A stretch of 64,000 nt of DNA from an uncultured Hyphomicrobiales bacterium (GTDB taxonomy: Bacteria > Bacteroidota > Ignavibacteria > Kapaibacteriales > UBA2268). Numbering within the stretch: position 1 is the stretch's first letter; each line of letters opens with the position of its first letter. Below, piece by piece: positions 53,457-62,411 of the stretch. Position numbers and translations under genes: made by a program. The DNA lies in the NCBI GenBank assembly GCA_964610885.1, contig CAZSWR010000002.1, positions 23,811 to 87,810 on the forward strand. The letters run 5' to 3'. The notes under the pieces are model-generated. The model was not told the origin of the DNA, did not search any database, and saw only the letters and a list, made by a program, of their open reading frames with translations.

Positions 53457-54629
53457 ATGGAATTGAAGAAGGCTTTATATATATTTCAGAAATACTATCC
53501 GTGGGACGTTCGCGCCGAAAAGGTGATGACTTCGCTGGCCAAAGCCGGCTACGAAGTTAGAGTGCTCTGCCGGACAAATGGCGAAAATGATTCGGAATTG
53601 CGTTTGTTGGATCATTGCAGCGCAAGGTCGGTTGGTAGCGGAATCAGGTTTCCGCTATCGCTCCCGATACCGAAGAATCCTGTCTGGAAGCGCGCAATCG
53701 AACGCGAAATCGAAGAGTTCCGGCCGGACGTCGTCATCCCACGCGAGATTATGCTTGCCGAAGATGCAGCCCAAGCTGCCCATAAACGAGGAATACCTGT
53801 GGTAATGGATATGGCAGAAAACTATCCGTCGGCAATGAAGAATTTCGTTAAGTATTCAAAAGGGTTTGTAAATCGATTGCTGGTTCACCGATTGGACGTC
53901 CCGGAGTGGGTCGAGAAAAGAGCCGTTCGGGTGATGGACGGGATTTTCGTCGTCTGCGATGAACAAATCGAAAGGCTTGGGCAAAGTTTCGGCTTCCCCG
54001 AATCGCGGATGGCAGTTGTGCACAACACTCCGCCAATCAGTTTTTTGAAGGATCCAATACAAAGGGAATCAAACCACGTAATCACTTTTGGGCACCACGG
54101 CTTTCTCTCCGGCGATAAAAGAATCGACAGCCTGGTGGCGGGATTCTTGATTGCTGCCGAGTCGGACCCGGACATTCGTTTGCTCGTGGCCGGTGGGGGA
54201 GAGCTGCTCGAGGAGTATCGGGCAATTGTCTCGAAAAGCCGTTTTGCCGACCGTATTGAATTCACCGGCTCTTATGATTTCGCTCGGTTGCCTGAAGTAT
54301 TGGCCAGGATGGACGTTGGCGTTATACCATACCCGGATACGGACTTCAATCGTTACACAATTCACAACAAGATATTCGATTATTTTGCGGCATCGATGCC
54401 CGTTTTGGTCAGCGACGTCAGGCCGCTACGTCGGATTGTCGGCGAAACTCAGGCAGGAATCGTCGGAGATTTCCCTTCGGCCGAATCCGCGGCGCGATCG
54501 CTTCTTGGCTGGCGCGAAAAGTTTACACCTGAAATGCAAAAACGCGCCCGCAGCGCATTCGCGGCAAAGTATAATTGGGTACAGGATTCGGAAGTGCTTG
54601 TCAGGTTCGTTAATGGATTGCTGAAGTAA
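53457..54629 (+). CDS. Glycosyltransferase family 4 (GT-B, group 1)
   Basis: 390 aa. The N-terminal half is GT4-like. The C-terminal half (RLLVAGGGEL...DVGVIPYP...NKIFDYFAASMPVLVSD) is typical of retaining GT-B enzymes. Confidence 0.75.
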   Translation: MELKKALYIFQKYYPWDVRAEKVMTSLAKAGYEVRVLCRTNGENDSELRLLDHCSARSVGSGIRFPLSLPIPKNPVWKRAIEREIEEFRPDVVIPREIMLAEDAAQAAHKRGIPVVMDMAENYPSAMKNFVKYSKGFVNRLLVHRLDVPEWVEKRAVRVMDGIFVVCDEQIERLGQSFGFPESRMAVVHNTPPISFLKDPIQRESNHVITFGHHGFLSGDKRIDSLVAGFLIAAESDPDIRLLVAGGGELLEEYRAIVSKSRFADRIEFTGSYDFARLPEVLARMDVGVIPYPDTDFNRYTIHNKIFDYFAASMPVLVSDVRPLRRIVGETQAGIVGDFPSAESAARSLLGWREKFTPEMQKRARSAFAAKYNWVQDSEVLVRFVNGLLK

Positions 54630-54673
54630 TCAGGTTCTTTGTCTTAGTATTATATCATTTCCTGCTTGAATTC

Positions 54674-54700
54674 TGTCATTTCCGCGTAGTCGGGAATCTC
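54674..54700. repeat. REP-like hairpin, TGTCATTCCCGC-N-GCGGGAATCTC family (copy 2, degenerate)
   Basis: TGTCATTTCCGCGTAGTCGGGAATCTC resembles the reverse complement of 6104-6129 (TGTCATTCCCGCCAGGCGGGAATCTC). Confidence 0.5.
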
Positions 54701-54771
54701 CTCTTACTTCAATTAGTTACTTGGGGCAAAGTGAATTAGTAGAGCATGGTTCGTTCCCGATAAAACAGGAC

Positions 54772-57700
54772 TTAATTGGCAGACGATAAATTTCTGTAGA
54801 ATTCATGGCTGCGCGGCAACGTGAACCGGAAGGAAGTGCCGATGCCGGGCTGGCTTTCGCAGATGATTCGGCCGCCATGGATACCTGTAAATTCTTTGCA
54901 TAGGATTAGTCCGAGACCGGTTCCTTTTTCTGTCGAGTTATTAATCGAGATGTGCGAAACATCGATCCTGAAGAGCTTGCCAATATCCTCTTCGGAAATA
55001 CCTATACCCGTGTCGGTTACTGATATTTCCAAGAAATCGCCGACTTCGCGAGAGGAAATGGTGATAGAATTATCTTTCGATTCGTCCTCTTGGATGAACT
55101 TGACAGCATTGTTCAGCAGATTCCGAAGGATTGTTTTGAGCATGTGTATGTCTGCGCACAAATACGTATCGGGCGGCACTTCGGAGACGAGCCGAATGTG
55201 CTTTTTCGCTGCGCTTATTTGGTAGAGGTTGAATTTATTCATGACGATGTAGTGCAGGTCCGCCATTTGCGGATTGAATTCAATTCTGCCGGTTTGCGTG
55301 CGAGACCATTCCAACAGGTTTTCGAGCAATGCGAAAAGCCGGAGGCTGGTTTTGTGCATTTCGGATGTGATTTTCGTAATCTCGTTCAAAGACATTTCTT
55401 GAATGTCTTTCGTCAAGATCTCGGCCAGGCCGATGAAGCCGCTGAACGGCCCGCGGAGGTCGTGGGCAATGATATTCAAGAATTTATCCTTGGACTTGAT
55501 TGCTTCTCGCAATTGCCTTTCGCCCACTTGGAGCGCTTCGATGACTTCGCGCCTTTCCAGCGCGCCGTCGATGATGAACGAGGCTGTGCGAATAGAATCA
55601 ATTTCGGCATCTGTCCAATTGCGTTCGCGTGTGCAGTCGTCGAAACCAATGTAGCCCCAAAGATTGCCGCGAGTCCTGATTTCTGTCGTAAGGATTGATT
55701 TGATTCCTTTGTCGGCGAAGAGGATTTGGAACTGTTTGGGGAATTCATTTATTGATCCGAAAACAGTTGGTTCGTCTTCGTAATGCCTAAGGAATTGGCT
55801 GAAACGTTGTTTCTTTGTCAGGTCATCTATTTCGCCAGATGGTACGTTTCTTGATTTGAATCCCGGGCGTATCCATTCGCAGCTAAGTTGGAATTCGCTA
55901 TTGGAATGATTATTTGCGAGCCTGTAAATGAACGCCCTGTCCGAATTGGAGGCCTCGCCGAGCAGTCGCAAAACGTTTGCAATGGATTGGCCGAAATCGG
56001 ATGATTTCATTAGCAGTTCGGCAGCGATGGCCACCGCTTGGAGGATCCGGTTCCGGCTGTCGAGGTTGGTCTCTTGCAGCTTCCGTTCGCTGATGTCTTG
56101 CATGGTAACAATCATGCCGGTGTACTTTTTCCCATCGGTGAGGGGAATTAGCCAACCGTTATAGAAAGCAATATTTTGTGTTTGTTTTATTAGGAATTCT
56201 TCGTCAAAATATGTAGGGATTAATTGTTTCTTTACATCGTCAAAGATATTAATAAACTCTGATTCCAAATATCGATGGAATATTGCTTTCAGATTGTTGC
56301 CTATCATCGCATCCCTGCTCAATGAAGACATTCTTTCGAGCGCACTGTTCACGTACGTGTAGTTGTCGTTGGCATCGAACACCATGATCCCGTCATTAAC
56401 TTTTTCGACGATGGTTTCGTAGAATTCTTTGAGCGCAATAATTTGGGATTCTAATAATTTGCTCTGAGTTATATCGTTCAAAATGGAATGGGTCTGTTTG
56501 AAAACGCCATTAGCGTCCCGCCCGACTTTGCCGTTGAAGGATACAATAATACTCGAGTTGTCTTTTTTTCGCATAACCAACTCTACGTTTGTCGTCTCGC
56601 CCGATTCCAGGAAACTTTTGAATATTGCAGGGAATTTGGCCTTTTCTTCGTCGCAGAGGAGCTCGGTGAAGTGGTGTCCGATGACTTCTTCGGCCCGGTA
56701 CCCCAACAAATCCAACCAAGCAGAATTGACATCGAGGAAGTATCCTTTTTCGTCGAGGCTTTGGTAGCCAAGCGGGGCATTTTCGAAAAGCATACGGAAT
56801 CGTTTTTCGCTGTCCTTCAGGGCTGTTTCGGCGAGCCGCTTTTCTGTGATATTTTCCATGATTCCGTCAATGTATTCCAATTCGCCTGAACCGTTGAAAA
56901 CCGGGTGGCCATGATCAAACAGCCAAAGTTCTTTTCCCGTTTTGGTGACGAGGCGGATTTCTTGCGAAACGTCTCCGCTCGATGGCGAGAATTGTTTCAA
57001 GAATTCGAATCGCTCGTTCTTGAAGGCATAGGTTTCAAATACATCGATCGAATAAAGATCTTCTGATGAATTGTAGCCAAGCATTTTTGCGACTGCATTG
57101 TTCGCGAAAAGAATCTTCCCTTGCGGAGTCGTCCGATATACTCCAACGGGCAGTGTATTGGTGAGGTTCCGATATTTTTCTTCGCTATCCCTGAGGGCCA
57201 ATGCAATATGCTTCTGCTCGGTAATATCTTCAATTTGCGAAATAATGTACAGAGGTTGGAGCGAATCGCTGCGGACTATTGTCATTGTGGCATTCACCCA
57301 AATTGTACGACCGTCGGAGCGTTTGAAGCGTTGTTCCAATTTTATAAATTCAGATTTGCCTTTGATCAAATCTTCGATTGCGGCGGTGGTCGTTTCGATG
57401 TCTTCGTGGTGCGTGATAAAATCAGAATTCATCGACAGAATTTCGTCTTCGGGGTACATCAGCATCGAACAGAAAGCCTGATTCACCCGATAGAACCGCC
57501 CGCCCAAGTACGATATTGTCATGCCGATAGCAGACTTCTCGAAGATGTTTCGCATCATTTCTTCGCTACGGCTGAGCGCTTCTTCGGCTTTGCGCAAGTT
57601 TTCGACGTTGACAAGCACACCGCGCAGTCCGATGGGCTTATTTTTTTGTTCGATCACGTTCGTCATGACTACGCCCGGGAAAGAGGAGCCATCGGCACGC

Positions 57701-59181
57701 TTGAAATCGAACTCTGATGATTTGTTGCTTAGTTTGGAGAAACGGCGCACGAAGGCATCTTCAATGTCTTCATTTGGCAATGGGACGATAAAATCGCGTA
57801 TGTTTAGCCCAGATTCTACAATGCTTGGTTGGAATCCAAATTCGCGGAAGCCTTCATTGTTGCAATAAGTAACGTTGGCCTGCATATCAGTTTCGAAAAC
57901 GATAAGAGGCAACATTTCAGCAAATTCGCTAAAACGCAATTCGCTGCGGTTCAGTGCTTCTTCTGTTTTTTTCGATTTAGTGATATCTACGGCAATAACG
58001 AGGAGGCCGCTAATATTGCCGAACTTGTCCCTGAGGGGGATTTTGTCGGTTTGTACCCATTTACCGACACCGCTGGATGTCGTTAGATGCTCAATGATAT
58101 TGTATTTCGGCCGGCCGGTGTTCATCACTTCGAGGTCGTCTGTGTAGTATTTTTCGGATTCCAGCGGGAGAATCTCATGTGCATTGCGGCCTTCGATTCT
58201 GTCTTTTGGCAGTCCAATCAGGTCTGCTGCTTGTTGGTTGACTCGGATGAAATTATTCTGCGAGTCCTTGTACCAAAGGGTGGCCGGAATGGATTCAAAA
58301 ATCAGTTCCAATTCTTCGGAAACTGATATTATTTTCTCTTGGTTCGCCCTTTTCTCGGTAACGTCGGTTGCAAAGACTGCAATTCGGCTAACCTTCCCCT
58401 TGTCATCGAAAATTGGTATCTTGTCGGAAACCAACCAGACGAGGTCGCCGTGATAGTTCTGAAAGCATTCCGAAATGCCATAGATGGCTTCGCCAGAATT
58501 AATAACCTGAAGGTCTTCTTTGTAATACTGAAGGTGCTTGGCAGGGAAGAGTAATGACGCATTTTTTCCTTCGATGTCTTCGCGTTGCAGTCCAATCAGT
58601 TTAGCAGCGGCATTGTTGACGCTGATGTAATTGTTCAGTGTGTCTTTGTACCAAATCGGGTTGGGATTGGAATTGAAAATAATGTCGGCATCGTTTGATT
58701 GTGGAGAAGTGCTTTCTGATTGGCAAAGGAGAGATTTTTTCGTAACGGTGCAGAGAGCAGTTTCCGAATCGTTCAGAATCGTGATAGCGATTTCGATGAT
58801 GTGTTCGGTGCCGCGCTTGTCGACAATTTTTAGCGAATTTGAATTGCTTGAGACTTTGCAAGATATTGCATCTGAAATCGATTTCCGGAATTTTTTTATG
58901 AAAGTATGGTGGACGATTGTTTCGATTGCTTTGCCCAGAATGTCTTCTTCGGAATAGCCGGTATGCAGCAAAAACCTGCGGTTGCTGTTCTCGATTGTAA
59001 AGTCAGAAAGATTCACGGTAAAAGAGCAGTCTTCAGTTTTTTTAAATAGCTCTTTGTATTTATTCAACTCATTTTGCAACAAATCTATATGCGATTCTGT
59101 AGCATTCTTATGGGCCGTTTTTTTTATTTTATCCGTTACTGCCTTGTCTTTCTCAGGTGTATTTCGAATCCTGGAAGCCAT
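54772..59181 (-). CDS. Cytoplasmic multi-PAS + GAF hybrid-input sensor histidine kinase (1469 aa)
   Basis: Seven inter-module linkers of the D(I/V)TE(K/R)K...E.L type imply about eight PAS modules. GAF-like region (SDRAFIYRL...LWGYIGFDDC). H-box IIAHDLRGPF. HATPase NLLNNAVKF, DTGIGI, GTGLGL. The N-terminus is hydrophilic. Confidence 0.85.
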   Translation of the reverse strand: MASRIRNTPEKDKAVTDKIKKTAHKNATESHIDLLQNELNKYKELFKKTEDCSFTVNLSDFTIENSNRRFLLHTGYSEEDILGKAIETIVHHTFIKKFRKSISDAISCKVSSNSNSLKIVDKRGTEHIIEIAITILNDSETALCTVTKKSLLCQSESTSPQSNDADIIFNSNPNPIWYKDTLNNYISVNNAAAKLIGLQREDIEGKNASLLFPAKHLQYYKEDLQVINSGEAIYGISECFQNYHGDLVWLVSDKIPIFDDKGKVSRIAVFATDVTEKRANQEKIISVSEELELIFESIPATLWYKDSQNNFIRVNQQAADLIGLPKDRIEGRNAHEILPLESEKYYTDDLEVMNTGRPKYNIIEHLTTSSGVGKWVQTDKIPLRDKFGNISGLLVIAVDITKSKKTEEALNRSELRFSEFAEMLPLIVFETDMQANVTYCNNEGFREFGFQPSIVESGLNIRDFIVPLPNEDIEDAFVRRFSKLSNKSSEFDFKRADGSSFPGVVMTNVIEQKNKPIGLRGVLVNVENLRKAEEALSRSEEMMRNIFEKSAIGMTISYLGGRFYRVNQAFCSMLMYPEDEILSMNSDFITHHEDIETTTAAIEDLIKGKSEFIKLEQRFKRSDGRTIWVNATMTIVRSDSLQPLYIISQIEDITEQKHIALALRDSEEKYRNLTNTLPVGVYRTTPQGKILFANNAVAKMLGYNSSEDLYSIDVFETYAFKNERFEFLKQFSPSSGDVSQEIRLVTKTGKELWLFDHGHPVFNGSGELEYIDGIMENITEKRLAETALKDSEKRFRMLFENAPLGYQSLDEKGYFLDVNSAWLDLLGYRAEEVIGHHFTELLCDEEKAKFPAIFKSFLESGETTNVELVMRKKDNSSIIVSFNGKVGRDANGVFKQTHSILNDITQSKLLESQIIALKEFYETIVEKVNDGIMVFDANDNYTYVNSALERMSSLSRDAMIGNNLKAIFHRYLESEFINIFDDVKKQLIPTYFDEEFLIKQTQNIAFYNGWLIPLTDGKKYTGMIVTMQDISERKLQETNLDSRNRILQAVAIAAELLMKSSDFGQSIANVLRLLGEASNSDRAFIYRLANNHSNSEFQLSCEWIRPGFKSRNVPSGEIDDLTKKQRFSQFLRHYEDEPTVFGSINEFPKQFQILFADKGIKSILTTEIRTRGNLWGYIGFDDCTRERNWTDAEIDSIRTASFIIDGALERREVIEALQVGERQLREAIKSKDKFLNIIAHDLRGPFSGFIGLAEILTKDIQEMSLNEITKITSEMHKTSLRLFALLENLLEWSRTQTGRIEFNPQMADLHYIVMNKFNLYQISAAKKHIRLVSEVPPDTYLCADIHMLKTILRNLLNNAVKFIQEDESKDNSITISSREVGDFLEISVTDTGIGISEEDIGKLFRIDVSHISINNSTEKGTGLGLILCKEFTGIHGGRIICESQPGIGTSFRFTLPRSHEFYRNLSSAN

Positions 59182-59330
59182 AACGATTTTTCAATAGAAT
59201 TGGTTTGGAACATAAATCAAAATATAAATTACGAAACTTTTCCTGAAATCAAAAACGAAAATTAATAAATATGATTTAATAAATTTATTAAATTCAATGC
59301 TATGCCGAACGAATCGGGACGTCTCGATTC

Positions 59331-60788
59331 TTAGAAAAATGATGTTATTATTGACGGGAACAGGCCCAGCGCTATGAGCGCTAAGCAAGAAATCCATAGC
59401 AATGGTTTAATTCCGCGAGTGTCCGCTTCGGGCGGATTGTCCGGTTTGGTTTGGAAGTACATTTTGATGATTAACCCAATATAGAAATACATTGAAATCA
59501 TCGTCGCAACGACTGCGGCCACCGTCAGCCAAACCATATTTGATTTCACAGCTGCCGCGAAAAGGTAGTATTTCCCGAGGAAACCGGCAAACGGCGGCAG
59601 TCCGGCCAGAGAGAACATGAAAACAGACATCATTGCTGCCAGTAGCGGTTGCGATTGCGAAAGTCCCGCGTAATCATCCAAATTCATCATTTCGCCATTC
59701 TTCTCGATGGACGAAACCACTGCGAAGGCACCGAATTGCATGAATAAATATGCTGCCGAATAGAAACCGATGGCGGAGAATCCCATCGGCGTCCCGGCGG
59801 CGATTCCCATAAGCAAATAGCCTGCGTGCGCAATCGAGGAATAGGCCAGCATTCTCTTGACGTTGGTTTGTACCAAAGCAGAAATATTGCCGACGAACAT
59901 CGTCAGCACAGCAACCAAGGCAACAATGAAGTTGTAATTCCAGAAGTATTTCGTTGCTTCGGAATTCTGCATTGCCCCGGCCAACATAGATTTTGAAACA
60001 ATTATGAAAGCCGCAGCCGCTGCGATTTTTCCGGCCGTGCTCATGAATCCGGTAACGACCGTTGGAGCGCCTTCGTAAACGTCCGGCGCCCATTGGTGGA
60101 AGGGGAACGCTGCGATTTTGAAAGATAATCCGACAATTAGCAAGCCCATACCAATAAGCAAATAAAGTGGTGTGTACGCGCCGATAGCAATAGCCGACGA
60201 AATACCGTTGAACGAAATATGGCCTGTCGAACCGTATATCATTGCCATGCCGTAGAGCAGGAATCCAGTGGCGAAAGAGCCAAGAAGGAAATATTTAACG
60301 GCAGATTCGACCGATTTCTCGCGTTTGCGGAAAAAGCCGGACAATACGTAGAATGAGATTGTCATTAATTCAATACCGATGAAAAGAACCAAAAGGCTGT
60401 TCGAGTGCGCGATTAGCATCATACCGACAATTGAGAAAACCATCATCGAATAGAACTCGCCATATTCGGCATATTCTCGCCGCAAGTATTGCTTTGCGCT
60501 GAGCGCGGTAAGGATTCCGGCAGAAATGAATAAAACATCGAAAAATGCAGAAATCCCGCCGAAAGTAATCTGTCCTTTCGTAACCAGATCCGTGTGCATC
60601 AATAGCGCAATGTCTTGGTCTGGCACGGTCGCAGTGGCCAAGGCAGCCGCGCCGGTTGCGCCGAGGATGATCAAGGTCAAAAAGTGGTTCAGTGTCCTGT
60701 TCTTGAAATAAGCATCAACGAGGATTAATACAATCGATAGCGATGATATTAAAATTAGTGGCGATGCGAGAATTATTTCTTGGTTCAT
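59331..60788 (-). CDS. nuoN: NADH-quinone oxidoreductase subunit N
   Basis: 485-aa antiporter-like subunit and the last gene of the nuoL-M-N series. Contains LAYSSIAHAGYLLMG. Confidence 0.9.
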   Translation of the reverse strand: MNQEIILASPLILISSLSIVLILVDAYFKNRTLNHFLTLIILGATGAAALATATVPDQDIALLMHTDLVTKGQITFGGISAFFDVLFISAGILTALSAKQYLRREYAEYGEFYSMMVFSIVGMMLIAHSNSLLVLFIGIELMTISFYVLSGFFRKREKSVESAVKYFLLGSFATGFLLYGMAMIYGSTGHISFNGISSAIAIGAYTPLYLLIGMGLLIVGLSFKIAAFPFHQWAPDVYEGAPTVVTGFMSTAGKIAAAAAFIIVSKSMLAGAMQNSEATKYFWNYNFIVALVAVLTMFVGNISALVQTNVKRMLAYSSIAHAGYLLMGIAAGTPMGFSAIGFYSAAYLFMQFGAFAVVSSIEKNGEMMNLDDYAGLSQSQPLLAAMMSVFMFSLAGLPPFAGFLGKYYLFAAAVKSNMVWLTVAAVVATMISMYFYIGLIIKMYFQTKPDNPPEADTRGIKPLLWISCLALIALGLFPSIITSFF

Positions 60789-60826
60789 ATATCTGTCCTG
60801 TGTAGTCTTATGTCTTTATTAATGAA

Positions 60827-62392
60827 CTATTTACTTCTGATTAGTTCAGTGCCCGGGAATGGCAATTCAGCGTTTTTATTCTTTTGGTAATGAATTCTAT
60901 TGACAAGCGAGCGGGTGGACTGCTCCGAAAGGTTCAGAAACGTATTAGGATTAAGACCAATCCACACAATAAACAATACAATTGGGATCATCATGCTCCA
61001 TTCGCGTGGCGAGAGGTCCGAAAGGTGGTGGTTCTTTGGATTGTCGTTCGTGCCGAACATAACCCTACCAAACATCCACAGCAAATAAACCGCTGCAAAA
61101 ATGACACCTGTCGCCGCTGTTATCGTGAAAGCTTTCGAGCCGAGAGCCTCGGAATTGAACGCTCCGAGCATGGTGAGGAACTCGCCCACGAAGCCGTTCA
61201 AGCCCGGCAAGCCGACAGAAGCGAGCATCGCTATAGCAAAGAATACAGAGTAGGCGGGCATCACTCGGGCCAGGCCTCCAAATTCGGATATTTCGCGAGT
61301 GTGGCGGCGTTCGTAGATCACTCCGACGGCAAGGAAGAGCATCCCCGTCGAAAGGCCGTGGTTCACCATTTGTATTGTGGCCCCTTGGATACCTTCGGCC
61401 GTCAAAGAGAAAATTCCCAAGACGACAAAACCCAAGTGCGAAACAGAGCTGTATGCCACCAGTTTCTTCACGTCTGTTTGAACCATGGAAACGAGCGCTC
61501 CATAGACGATTCCGATCACTGCCAGCCATCCGATATACGGAGCGAACATCCACGAGGCTTCGGGGAATAGATCAATATTGAACCTGAGCAGTCCATAGGT
61601 GCCCATTTTCAATAATACTGCCGCCAGGATGACCGACCCGGGAGTCGGGGCCTCCGTGTGTGCCGATGGCAACCATGTGTGCAATGGGAAAAGCGGAACC
61701 TTGATGCAAAACGATAGAGCGAAAGCGAGGAACAGCCACTTCTGCGTGCCGATAGGGATGGGAGACGAAAAGATTGTGTTGCGAATCAAGACGAAATCCG
61801 ACGTGAAACCATTCGGAAGGCCCGAAGCCGCTCCGGCCCAACTGCCCAACCAGACAATTGCCACGAGCATCAGCAAAGATCCGACCACCGTGAAAATAAA
61901 GAATTTGACAGTGGCATAGATTCTGTTTTCGCCGCCCCAGATACCAATAATGAAATACATCGGTATGAGTATGATTTCCCAAAAAATGTAGAAAAGGACT
62001 AAGTCCAAAGAAATGAATACGCCGATCATTGCAGTTTCGAGCAGCATCAGCAGCGAATAATACTCCTTGTGGCGCTTGCTAATCGAACCAAACGACGACA
62101 ATACCGCAATCGGTATAATGAAAGTCGTTAGCAAGACGAGTAGCAAAGACATACCATCGATTCCAGTACGGAAAGCAATATTGAATTCCGGAAAGAATGT
62201 TGATTCACTAAAGAATTGGAACCCAGGGTCGGCAGGATTGAAATCAACCAGCAGGAAAAGAGAAACAATAAAAGTGGCAATAGACGACGCCAGAGCCAAA
62301 TTCTTTATCAGGCCTATTGAATTACGGTTAATTGCAAGTATTGCCCCGAAGGCCACGAGCGGAAGAATTAACGTAATATGTAATGTAGTCAT
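60827..62392 (-). CDS. nuoM: NADH-quinone oxidoreductase subunit M
   Basis: 521 aa. FYIFWEIILIPMYFIIGIWGG, HTWLPSAHTEAPT and LVAYSSVSHLGFV. Confidence 0.9.
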   Translation of the reverse strand: MTTLHITLILPLVAFGAILAINRNSIGLIKNLALASSIATFIVSLFLLVDFNPADPGFQFFSESTFFPEFNIAFRTGIDGMSLLLVLLTTFIIPIAVLSSFGSISKRHKEYYSLLMLLETAMIGVFISLDLVLFYIFWEIILIPMYFIIGIWGGENRIYATVKFFIFTVVGSLLMLVAIVWLGSWAGAASGLPNGFTSDFVLIRNTIFSSPIPIGTQKWLFLAFALSFCIKVPLFPLHTWLPSAHTEAPTPGSVILAAVLLKMGTYGLLRFNIDLFPEASWMFAPYIGWLAVIGIVYGALVSMVQTDVKKLVAYSSVSHLGFVVLGIFSLTAEGIQGATIQMVNHGLSTGMLFLAVGVIYERRHTREISEFGGLARVMPAYSVFFAIAMLASVGLPGLNGFVGEFLTMLGAFNSEALGSKAFTITAATGVIFAAVYLLWMFGRVMFGTNDNPKNHHLSDLSPREWSMMIPIVLFIVWIGLNPNTFLNLSEQSTRSLVNRIHYQKNKNAELPFPGTELIRSK

Positions 62393-62411
62393 AATTCTAA
62401 TTATTTATTTG

